Source: Candidatus Lindowbacteria bacterium RIFCSPLOWO2_12_FULL_62_27
GTDB taxonomy: Bacteria; Lindowbacteria; 2-12-FULL-62-27
DNA length: 64,000 nucleotides
Assembly: GCA_001784175.1 (NCBI GenBank)
Contig: MFPR01000028.1
Location: forward strand, 163,955 to 227,954
Direction of reading: 5' to 3'
Program-made: the position numbers and the translations under genes
Shown here: piece after piece, positions 28,869 to 37,802 of the stretch
Layout: each line of letters starts with the position of its first letter
How positions within the stretch are numbered: the first letter of the stretch is position 1
Notes under the pieces: model-generated
What the model was told of the DNA's origin: nothing
What the model saw: the letters and a program-made list of their open reading frames with translations, nothing else
The model's database searches: none

Positions 28869-31432
28869 GTTCCGCCCTCTGCCAGGTCGTGGTTAACGCG
28901 CCGCTCGGTAGGAAACTGCTCGCCTACGAATGCCCGCCCGCATCCGGTCCCCTCCGGCCAGGCGACGCGGTGGTCGTCCCGCTCGGTAGCCGCGAATGCG
29001 CCGGCTGGGTCATTCGAACGGACATTTCCGTGTCCGAACTCGAGATCGCAGGCCCGCTAAAATCAATCATCGAAAAAATCGAGGGCGGCGGAGTCCGTCC
29101 TGAAGATCTCCGGCTTTGCGAAGCGATGCACGCCTGGTATGGAACAAATTTTCCCGATATTTTGTCCCTTTTTGTTCCACCGGTGGCGCCCAAACTCGTC
29201 CGCCGGATCGTCCAGGTCCTCGACGCTCCCCCCACGGGTCTGTCTCCCGCCGCGGCGCAACTGGCGGAGTTGGTCCAACAAGCCGGCGGGAAAATGGACG
29301 TGCGCAGAGCCAAAACGGCATTCGGCGCGAAACCGGCGTCCGCGTTTCAGTCCGCCCTTCAGGAACTGACCTCAGCCGCAGCGTATGCCGTTCGGCCGGA
29401 ATTGTTGAGCACAACGCCCAGGCAAAAAAAATTTCTAGGTCCAGTGCAACTTCCATCGGGCCGGACCGATCTTTCCGCAAGCGAAAAAATGGTCCTGACG
29501 CTCGCCGATCAACATCCCTGGCAATACGGCGTCGCGGAACTCGCCGGACTTGCTCAAACCTCGACCCACGTCGTTCGTTCGCTGGTGGCCCGGAGGCTTC
29601 TTCTGGAACGCGCAAGCCGGAAATGGCGGACGCCCCTCGAACGGGACGATGTGGCGCAGGTGTCCGCGCCCGAAGTCGTCCCGACGCCCAGCCAGGCCCG
29701 GGCGATCGGCGAGCTGGTCCCGGCCGTCCGGGACCAAACCGGAGAGTTTTTCCTTCTGTATGGACCCACCGCTTCCGGTAAGACGCACGTGTATGAGGCG
29801 GCGGCCAAGGAGGCTCTGAGGCTGGGCCGGCAGGTGCTGCTCATGGTTCCGGAAATCGCGCTGACGCGGCCCTTGATCGAGCGCATCCGCCGCACGATCC
29901 ACGAACCGGTCGCGGTCGTTCACAGCCGCCAGACCCCGGCCGAACGCAGGGACGAATGGGAACGCTCGTCGACGGGCGAAGCGCGTCTGCTCGTCGGCCC
30001 GCGGTCGGCCGCGTTCGTGCCTTTGCCGGAGATCGGCCTTGCGATCATCGACGAATGCCACGACGCGGGATACAAGCAGTCCGAATCGCCCTATCTGGAC
30101 GCGCGCCGCGTGGTGGAAGAAAAGTGCGCCATCACGCGGGCGCCGCTCATCGTCGGATCCGCCACGCCCGCGGTCGAACAATGGCACGAGGCGGAGGCTG
30201 CGGGAGGGCCTCGGTACAGGCGGCTCGATCTCACCGAGTTTCCCACCCGCGTCAGCCGACCCGTTGTTTCCATCGTCGATCTTGGAAAGTTGCCGGCATC
30301 GAAACCGCAGACCGACCTGGACCGCGTGTGCCGGCAGAGTTTCCTGTCTCCGGTCCTCCAGGGCCTCATCGAAGAAACGCTGGCCCGGCGGCAAGCTTGC
30401 GTCCTCCTGATGAATCGCCGTGGATTTGCGCCGCAGATCCTATGCCCGGCCTGTGGCCACACGGAAACATGCGGCGACTGCCTCATGGCCATGGTCTACC
30501 ACGCCCAGGACCGCCAAATCTCTTGCCACGGCTGCGGCGCCCGCCGCAACCCCCCGGCCGCCTGTCCGGCCTGCGCGTATGCCCCCCTGGGATATATGGG
30601 CGCCGGCACGGAGCGGATCGTGGAGGCGTGCCGGGCCAGGTTCCCGTCGGCGCGCGTCGCCCGGCTGGATCAGGATTCTTTTCGGAAAAACCGCCGGAGG
30701 GCCTTCGAAACCCTGGAGGACCTCAAAAATGGCCGGCTGGATATTTTAATCGGAACTCAGATGATCGCCAAAGGGTTGGATGTTGAGCACGTGTCCCTTT
30801 CCGCCGTGATTCTCGCCGATGTTGGCCTCAACATGCCCGATTACAGGGCGAGAGAGAAAACCTTTCAGCTTCTGGCGCAACTGATCGGCCGGTCCGGCCG
30901 GCACGGAATCCCGGGCCGCGCCGTGCTTCAGACGTTCCAACCGGCATCTCCCGCGATCGTACTCAGCGCACAGGAAGAGGCGCCGCGGTTCGTTGAGAGC
31001 GAGCTGGAATCGAGAAAAGCGGGCCACTGGCCGCCGTTTTTCCGGATCCTCCGGATCGTATCCCAAAGCTCAAACGCGCCTAGGGCACTGCAGGTCATCA
31101 GGAAGATATATGAGCATATGACAAGTATGGACTTCCTCTCCCCCCGGAGGGGGGAGAGGAATGAGGTGAGGGGGGTGGACGGTGACGACGAGAGTCTGCC
31201 ACCCTCACCCCAACCCTCTCCCGCCGGAGGCGGGAGAGGGGAGGGCATGATTGTATCCCCCCCCCTGCCTTGCGTTAGAGCGAAATGGAAGGGCGAATAC
31301 CGGTTTCAGATCATCGCCCGCCTTCCCTGGCAGGCGCCCGTGCCGCATGGACTGCTGGACGAGATCGTGAGCCGTTATCGCACGGCCGGCGTGAAAATCA
31401 TGACGGAGCCGGATCCCGTTTCGCTCCTGTAG
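28865..31432 (+). CDS. priA: Primosomal protein N'
   Basis: GPTASGKT, VPEIAL, DECH, NRRG, four CxxC pairs, GTQMIAKG, GRSGR. Confidence 0.95.
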   Translation: MSSALCQVVVNAPLGRKLLAYECPPASGPLRPGDAVVVPLGSRECAGWVIRTDISVSELEIAGPLKSIIEKIEGGGVRPEDLRLCEAMHAWYGTNFPDILSLFVPPVAPKLVRRIVQVLDAPPTGLSPAAAQLAELVQQAGGKMDVRRAKTAFGAKPASAFQSALQELTSAAAYAVRPELLSTTPRQKKFLGPVQLPSGRTDLSASEKMVLTLADQHPWQYGVAELAGLAQTSTHVVRSLVARRLLLERASRKWRTPLERDDVAQVSAPEVVPTPSQARAIGELVPAVRDQTGEFFLLYGPTASGKTHVYEAAAKEALRLGRQVLLMVPEIALTRPLIERIRRTIHEPVAVVHSRQTPAERRDEWERSSTGEARLLVGPRSAAFVPLPEIGLAIIDECHDAGYKQSESPYLDARRVVEEKCAITRAPLIVGSATPAVEQWHEAEAAGGPRYRRLDLTEFPTRVSRPVVSIVDLGKLPASKPQTDLDRVCRQSFLSPVLQGLIEETLARRQACVLLMNRRGFAPQILCPACGHTETCGDCLMAMVYHAQDRQISCHGCGARRNPPAACPACAYAPLGYMGAGTERIVEACRARFPSARVARLDQDSFRKNRRRAFETLEDLKNGRLDILIGTQMIAKGLDVEHVSLSAVILADVGLNMPDYRAREKTFQLLAQLIGRSGRHGIPGRAVLQTFQPASPAIVLSAQEEAPRFVESELESRKAGHWPPFFRILRIVSQSSNAPRALQVIRKIYEHMTSMDFLSPRRGERNEVRGVDGDDESLPPSPQPSPAGGGRGEGMIVSPPLPCVRAKWKGEYRFQIIARLPWQAPVPHGLLDEIVSRYRTAGVKIMTEPDPVSLL
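31133..31241. repeat. Two inverted REP-like palindromic elements, in-frame in priA
   Basis: 31133-31175 (minus orientation) and 31202-31241 CCCTCACCCCAACCCTCTCCCGCCGGAGGCGGGAGAGGG. Confidence 0.8.
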
Positions 31433-31508
31433 AACCCTCTAAAGGCCTTTCTCACCTAAAACTGACCTAAAGGCGGCTCCCCGGATCGCCGAAAAAGACG
31501 GTAATGAA

Positions 31509-31587
31509 GTGGGTCATTTTATCATAGGATTTTTAGACTTGACCAATTTATCAGGAACCATCGCCCCACGTGGGTCATTTTATCATA
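31509..31587. repeat. 18-bp direct repeat, candidate activator sites
   Basis: GTGGGTCATTTTATCATA at 31509-31526 and 31570-31587. Confidence 0.85.
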
Positions 31588-31705
31588 AGCTGATTACTTT
31601 TTGCCTGTTAAGTCAGGTTATCCACATGGTTTGAGAGTAGCGAGGCAAACGTAACAACCAGACTTTCAAGCTATAGAATTAAAGGGCTTGAGCGCTGACA
31701 GGCAA

Positions 31706-31721
31706 AGGCACAGATTTTGCT
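31706..31721 (+). promoter_or_regulatory. Sigma54 (-24/-12) promoter candidate
   Basis: AGGCACAGATTTTGCT: GG-N10-GC with consensus flanks, ~70 bp before the ATG at 31790. Confidence 0.6.
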
Positions 31722-31789
31722 TGCTTTTCAGGTATCATAGCGATTTAACGAACTAATTTTGTTGATATTACGTGATGCAGGGAGAGAGG

Positions 31790-33328
31790 ATGAATCTCAA
31801 AATTGCCGCTGGATTGATCGCTATAACTGCCATTGTGCTGACTGCCACCATTGCAGGCGCGGAAGATCCTACGTTTATTGGGGCTTACGGAACGTTTTCC
31901 AACGCCAACCTTGCGATCGACGGGGACCCCGCCACATTCGCGGAAACCTCCAAAACCTACCGTAATGAGTATTTTCTGATCGTCCGATTCAACGCTCCTT
32001 CCGTCCTGCGTAACGTCAAGGTAAAGTTTGAAGGCAAGAAGCCCAAGGACTACCTCGTCGAAATGAGCATGGACGCTGTGGCTTGGAGGTCTTACGAAAT
32101 TGGCGAGAAGACGCTGTACATCCGGGTGAGAGTTCCCGGGGCCACGGACAACGATGTTTACCGGATCGCCGAGATCGAGTCCAAGTCCGACGTCGCCGGC
32201 TTGGAGCCTTTCGAGATGGTGCGCATGAATATCACCAACGTCGAAACCACGACGGCCACCTTGGAATTCACGTTCAATAAACCGGCCCGGCTGTCCATGT
32301 CATACGGGTTGGATGCCAATCCCAGTAATCACAAGAATTTCACGGAATACACCTCGTACATGACGAACTACACGCTCCGCCAGACGGACCTGATTGAGGG
32401 CGCGGACTACTATTTCCGGATCAAGGCCATCACGGCCGAGGGCGAGGTTTTCGTGCCATCTGAAACTGAGGCCTTGCCGCACTTCCGAACCCTCGGGACA
32501 CCTCCGCTTTCTTTGCTATCCGTGGGTGTCGGGTATGTCAGCCCCTTGTCGCTGTCGATCGTCGTTCGGACCAATATTCCCTCCAATTGCGTTTTCTATT
32601 TCGGCGAGCAGGTCTATTTCACCGACGTTCGGAGCAAACCCACGTTCGACACCACGCACGTCTTTGAGTTCAAGGACCTGGTGCCGAATCATCTCTATTC
32701 TTATATGGCCTTCCTGACCGACTTCCGGGGTCTGAATGTGAACATCCAAAAGCGGTTCATCACGACAACCGCCGTGAACATCGCCAGGAACAAGCGCGTG
32801 ATCGCCGGGACCTTCACACAGCAGCGCGAGTCCAATTTCCAGGGCGGCGGACTCGTGAAGGGCGACACGACCATGCAGAAATTGACGGACGGCAAGAACG
32901 ACTATTTTAACGGCATGGCGCATTCCGAAAACCTGATCAAGTACGACCAGTGGGCCGTCATCGATCTCGGCAAAGTCTATACTCTGGAAAGCCATGCGAC
33001 CGTGTGGCGCACACTCGCGTATCCTTACACCTACCAGCTCCTCGCGTCCGAGGACAACAGAACATGGAAGCAGGTCTTCACCATGAATCCTCAGCGCATG
33101 GGCGCCGGCGAAAAAATCCGGTCCGGCGGTGGCGACCCGCTCCTTGTGGCGGGGGGACCCCTGGAGCAGGCGAAGGCCCGTTACGTCAAATTGTTCATTC
33201 CGAAGGGCACCGAATTCTTCAAGCGTCACAAGACTTGGTACAACGTGGACCTCGCGGAGATCATGATCTATCCGGGCGGAGACTACGCCGAAATCAAACG
33301 GATCGTCGAGGAGGAATGGCAGCCTTGA
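31790..33328 (+). CDS. Secreted protein with discoidin (F5/8 type C)-like and FN3-like domains
   Basis: Signal peptide; LAIDGD..T and WAVIDLG..ARYVKL discoidin motifs; L..G..YYFRIKA FN3 pattern. Confidence 0.7.
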   Translation: MNLKIAAGLIAITAIVLTATIAGAEDPTFIGAYGTFSNANLAIDGDPATFAETSKTYRNEYFLIVRFNAPSVLRNVKVKFEGKKPKDYLVEMSMDAVAWRSYEIGEKTLYIRVRVPGATDNDVYRIAEIESKSDVAGLEPFEMVRMNITNVETTTATLEFTFNKPARLSMSYGLDANPSNHKNFTEYTSYMTNYTLRQTDLIEGADYYFRIKAITAEGEVFVPSETEALPHFRTLGTPPLSLLSVGVGYVSPLSLSIVVRTNIPSNCVFYFGEQVYFTDVRSKPTFDTTHVFEFKDLVPNHLYSYMAFLTDFRGLNVNIQKRFITTTAVNIARNKRVIAGTFTQQRESNFQGGGLVKGDTTMQKLTDGKNDYFNGMAHSENLIKYDQWAVIDLGKVYTLESHATVWRTLAYPYTYQLLASEDNRTWKQVFTMNPQRMGAGEKIRSGGGDPLLVAGGPLEQAKARYVKLFIPKGTEFFKRHKTWYNVDLAEIMIYPGGDYAEIKRIVEEEWQP

Positions 33329-33485
33329 ATACATTATTCGGAAATATCCTGAACATGTTTCAGTTGTTTCAGTATCCACACCACACAATCGGCTCGCCTG
33401 ACGGCAGCCTGCGCATAGATCAAGACTTGTCCGGGCGACTTTCGCACCGGATGGGCGAAACTCTAATTTAGGAGGCCAAGAAGTT

Positions 33486-35132
33486 ATGAAATCTTTCGTC
33501 AAAGGATTAATGCTTGTGGCGATCATGGCGTGGGTGATGCTCGCGCTGTCGGATATGCCGGCCATGGCATGGTTTGACGCCGACACAGCATCGCGCGTTG
33601 ACACCTCGTATGCCGCCACCGACATCGACACCATCATTCAAAGCGGTATCCCCGGTGACGGTCTGGAAGGCGCCGCCGATGAAACCAGTGCGGGACGTTT
33701 GTGGGTTACCTATGTCAAGACCAACGGACAGAAGACCAGCGCCCAGAAGACGGGTACGCAGTACGACACGTATGTGTCCGACACGGTGCTGGGTGTGCCG
33801 ACAGGCATGCTGAGCATTCAGTGGGCCTATGACAATGACAGCCGCCAGCGCCAGTTCGCCCCGCCATTGGAGGGCTTTACCGGATGGGTCGGCAACAACA
33901 CGAAGATGGAGAAACTGCCGCGTGACACGCAGTGGGTGTTGCCGGAGAGCGGCGAAACCGTGCCGCTGGATGACCAACTCTGCTTTTTGGTCATTGAAAC
34001 CGCCGACACCGGGTCGGTCAAGCTCAACATCGTCAACACCAGCAACTACGCCTGTTCGTTCGTCCTGCTGGTCAACTTCCCGGACACCGATTTCAACGTC
34101 GGCCAAGTCCCGCAGGGCGCGAAATGGCTCACGGAGGGATCGAGCCTTCGGGACCGCTTTATTGTCAGCGTCGGCCAGAATGCCGACTCCGGCAACGGTC
34201 TGGACGGCAACCGCCTGGACACCATCTCGGTGCAAGGCACCGTCGTGAAGATTGACGCGCACATCAACAGCGTGCTCCTGGCGGAAGAAGCGGAGACACA
34301 ACTCTGGTTGCGATTCGCCGCCGATACGAGCGCCGCGGCTCGAGACTCGATGAGCGTCACCGTCCAGCTCATTGGTGACACGGAATACGGCGGCCTTCAG
34401 TGGGGCACGAGTCGCCACACCCGTATCTTTCACGACAGCGGGTACTACGGCGACAACGACACCCACTACGGCGAAGGCGGCTCCTCGGATTCGGTGTCGA
34501 TCTTCGTGCTGGTGGCGACCGCGATCGTGCGGGTCAAGAAGACCGACTCGGTCTTCGCCCCCACCAGTTATGTCAACGTGACCGCAAGTAGAATTTTCGG
34601 AGACACGGCCCAGCGCGAGCGCGACACAGTGCCCGGCGCGACCATCATCTACGAGATAACCTATGATAACGATGGAAACCGCCGAGCGGACACCGTCGAC
34701 ATCATAGACTTTTTGGACAGCAACGTCGACTTTGCGATCGACACGATCAACTCCCGGTGGGATACGACGTATTTCAACACCGGCGTCGACACGCGTATGA
34801 CGCATGCGCGGCCCGCCAACGCGGACACGTATGTCTACGTTGCGTTCAGTTTGCGCGGAACGCCGTCCGTGTTCGGCGAAACGCAGGTCAACTTTAACGC
34901 GATTGGCAACGGGAAATCCACCGTTGAGACGGTCGCAGCCGTTCGGATTCGCTGGAACCCAGCGACGAACAACGATGCGGCTCTCAGGCGCGACCAGATT
35001 GACGAGCCGGCGGGCAACTCGACCGCCACGTGGGATCCGCTCGACAGGGTGGAGAGCTGCACCATTTTGACCACCGCCAACAGCGACAGCGGCGACTGCG
35101 GCCGGATTCGCTACCACGTAGTGATCCGGTAA
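33486..35132 (+). CDS. Secreted DT-rich surface protein with DUF11-like C-terminal module (paralog 1)
   Basis: RBS AGGAGG; signal peptide PAMA; VRVKKTD..PGATIIYEITYDNDG; ends RYHVVIR. Confidence 0.85.
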   Translation: MKSFVKGLMLVAIMAWVMLALSDMPAMAWFDADTASRVDTSYAATDIDTIIQSGIPGDGLEGAADETSAGRLWVTYVKTNGQKTSAQKTGTQYDTYVSDTVLGVPTGMLSIQWAYDNDSRQRQFAPPLEGFTGWVGNNTKMEKLPRDTQWVLPESGETVPLDDQLCFLVIETADTGSVKLNIVNTSNYACSFVLLVNFPDTDFNVGQVPQGAKWLTEGSSLRDRFIVSVGQNADSGNGLDGNRLDTISVQGTVVKIDAHINSVLLAEEAETQLWLRFAADTSAAARDSMSVTVQLIGDTEYGGLQWGTSRHTRIFHDSGYYGDNDTHYGEGGSSDSVSIFVLVATAIVRVKKTDSVFAPTSYVNVTASRIFGDTAQRERDTVPGATIIYEITYDNDGNRRADTVDIIDFLDSNVDFAIDTINSRWDTTYFNTGVDTRMTHARPANADTYVYVAFSLRGTPSVFGETQVNFNAIGNGKSTVETVAAVRIRWNPATNNDAALRRDQIDEPAGNSTATWDPLDRVESCTILTTANSDSGDCGRIRYHVVIR

Positions 35133-36389
35133 TCCAGCATGGAGGAGACGGTATCGACAGAGCGTAGAGCATAACCACACGCGTCGTTCGAAAGCGACAG
35201 GCCAATGCGCCCCAAAAGGGCCGGCCAGGCCTGTCACGCGGAGAATGGACGCAGAACGGAGCGGCAAAGATGGTTCCAGTTGGAGATCGATCACCCTCGG
35301 AAGGTGGTGATGGGCCGAAAGGCTGAAGGACAACCGAGGGCGTTGGTTGAAACGCCGGGAGAGAGTGTCCAAGACGGGGATGTTCCAGGCCACGAGGTCG
35401 GTAAGCGCCTCGCATGCGCGTGGAGTGTCCACCCCGTGGGCTCTGTAGACCCGGCACAACGACGGAACCTGTTTTGTGTTGCTTCGATCTGCGCAAGCAG
35501 TACATTCTTCCACGCTGACAGGGCTGTGGACGGTGCTAGACCTAATTTAACCGAGGGATCGGGGTCGGTGAGTACGATGGACCCGGTTTCCGGAGCGACG
35601 ACGGACACGCGGAACATCCGTGTCCCAGCTTCCATTACCGCCGGCCAAGCCTCCGGCCGGGCGGTAGGGTATGAGTTTCGTTCCGAACGTCTTGATCAAT
35701 GTGAGCGTTCAGCGATGGTCCAATCCCATCGATCCACGCTTCGAGATCGGGCGGCGCGGACATCCCGGAGGTATTTTCCCCGCCATCTGTTTTACCTTCG
35801 ATACCGCCTCAGACAAGCCATGACTTTTGCTCATGGCATGGGTCTGGGATCTCGTCGTGGTTTGTCCCTGGGGGCAACGGGGGCGGAAACAGAGAGCGGC
35901 CTCATGGAGAGAGGTGATGTGAGACTGCGATAGAGGATGCCGGCCGGCGAGATGCGGCCGAGAAAAACAAATACAGGTACGGCCTCCTAACTTGGATGTA
36001 TCAAGGGTTCAAATCCCGAATACATGCCGTAGGGGAGAGGAACCTAGGGAATATTGCTGGCCCTGCGACGCAGGTTGGAACGCGGGGAATATTCCCAACA
36101 TATTGAGAGCGTAAAAGCTCTCAGCGAAGTCGGTGAGGTGAGGCTGCGCGTTCGGTAGGTCTGCGCAGCAGATACCAGGCCGCAGTCGATGTGGATAGTT
36201 TACACGCAAAGTCCTTCAAGACTTTGAGCGGAGAGAGTCTGTCCCCAACGGCTGACGAGACTTAGCAGGGTAAAGGTCTTGCCCCTGATGGCGGGCAAGG
36301 TGAGCGAAGCGATTGACCGCTTTGCATAGGAAAGGTGTTGCCCAATGAGATTGACGAAGGCGAACGATAATAAGGAGGAATATAAGGGT
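35133..36389 (+). ncRNA. Candidate large structured RNA (unassigned)
   Basis: 1.25 kb without a credible ORF; dense hairpins with GNRA loops and G-U pairs in + orientation; T-loop hairpin at ~36005-36017; long-range complementarity to other spacers. Confidence 0.6.
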
Positions 36390-37802
36390 TTGTTAAAGTT
36401 ATTCCTACAGCGGAATAACTTCACGCCCCTCGTCTGCCTCCTCGCCTTCGGACTTGTTTCGCTCTTCATCCTTCCGGCGAACGCCGTTTTCTTCAACTAC
36501 AGCTCCGGCAGCACCGGCGCCTACAACACCGACTCCGGCACAGCCATTCGCAGCGAGGGCCAATCGAGCGCGATCACCCCGACGCCCGGATCGTTCGGCC
36601 TGACCTACTACCGCGCGAACGTCAAGGTTGCGGCCAACACCGACACGCGCTACGGCGTCGTCGGGCCGGCGGATTCGAGCAGTCCGCGGGTCAAGGCGAT
36701 CTACGGCGATACGCTGTCCGTCCTTTCCGGGCCTTCCACGCCGAACGACACGGTCGTCATCGCCGGCACGTCCGACTTCGACACCGTTTACCTCACGGCC
36801 GACACCGCCGTTTCCGGCGATGTCCTGACTTACGTCCTCGCCGTCACCAATTACGGCAACGCCGCCGATACCATCGGCCTCATCGTCGACAGCGCCTGGA
36901 CCCGCGGCGCCGGCACCGATACGTCCACCGGCCGGTTCAGCTACCAGTTCTTCGACCGGACCGGCGCGGCTCTGACCGGGATCCTGACGCTGGCGCATCA
37001 GGACACGGCGAAGGTCGCGCTCAAGGCGGACACGGGCGTCGAGACCGCGAGCCTGAAGATTTACACCGCCGGCGCCTCCAACGCCGACACCGTCCGGATG
37101 TTCGTCCGGGCCTTCGCGAACAACGGCAGCGGCCGGGCCATGGCGACGAGCGGCGAGGTCGCGCCGTATGTGGGGTTGAACGGCGTCAAGTACGGCGGGA
37201 GCGGCAACGCCTCGACCTTCTTTGAGGTCACCGTCAGCGGGCCGCTGGTGCGGCTGGCCAAGTTCGACACGGTATTCGCGCCGGTGTCGCTGGGCGGCGC
37301 CACCGGCGCGGCCGTGGATGACACGCAGCACTACGTGCCCGGCGCGATGCTGGTCTATACGATCTGGTTCGACAACGACGGCAACGACACCGCCGACACG
37401 ATCGTCATCGAGGACTGGATCGACACGCGGCACCTGCGGTTTGACAGCGCCGGCCTTTCGCAACTGCGCGGCGTCGCGCAGATCGCGGCCTCCGGCGCGC
37501 TTGCGGACTCATTCTACGGAAACATTTATGCCGACAGCAGGATGCCGAACATCGGCGGGGCGGTCTTCAGCATATCGATCCAGTATTCCTCCGGCGGCGA
37601 CTCCTTTGCCGGATTGACGGAGGCCACGCCGCTCGAGTCGGTCGGCCGCTTGCGGTGGACGATCGGCCGGGTCGGCACGCGGGGCGTGGTGGGCGCGAAC
37701 AACGGCGACGATGTCGAGGCCGTCGACCTGCCGCCGGTTGCGGCGGGCGCGGCGTCCGACGTGGACATGGGCTACGTGCGCTTCGCGGTGGTGATCCGAT
37801 GA
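36390..37802 (+). CDS. Secreted DT-rich DUF11-like protein (paralog 2)
   Basis: TTG after TAAGGAGG; signal peptide PANA; VRLAKFD..PGAMLVYTIWFDNDG; ends RFAVVIR. Confidence 0.85.
   Translation: MLKLFLQRNNFTPLVCLLAFGLVSLFILPANAVFFNYSSGSTGAYNTDSGTAIRSEGQSSAITPTPGSFGLTYYRANVKVAANTDTRYGVVGPADSSSPRVKAIYGDTLSVLSGPSTPNDTVVIAGTSDFDTVYLTADTAVSGDVLTYVLAVTNYGNAADTIGLIVDSAWTRGAGTDTSTGRFSYQFFDRTGAALTGILTLAHQDTAKVALKADTGVETASLKIYTAGASNADTVRMFVRAFANNGSGRAMATSGEVAPYVGLNGVKYGGSGNASTFFEVTVSGPLVRLAKFDTVFAPVSLGGATGAAVDDTQHYVPGAMLVYTIWFDNDGNDTADTIVIEDWIDTRHLRFDSAGLSQLRGVAQIAASGALADSFYGNIYADSRMPNIGGAVFSISIQYSSGGDSFAGLTEATPLESVGRLRWTIGRVGTRGVVGANNGDDVEAVDLPPVAAGAASDVDMGYVRFAVVIR

Noticed and set aside
35205-35933. 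242-aa ORF in the large spacer
   Set aside because: No recognisable motif, Arg/Ser-rich composition, atypical codon use and no RBS; the region is better explained by RNA structure.
35975-36032. tRNA or tmRNA suggested by GGGTTCAAATCCC
   Set aside because: No D arm, anticodon arm or acceptor stem; only an isolated T-loop hairpin.
35133-36389. Group I/II intron, RNase P or T-box identity for the large spacer
   Set aside because: No domain V-like hairpin, GAGGAAAGUC or T-box consensus seen by eye, and the flanking ORFs are intact.
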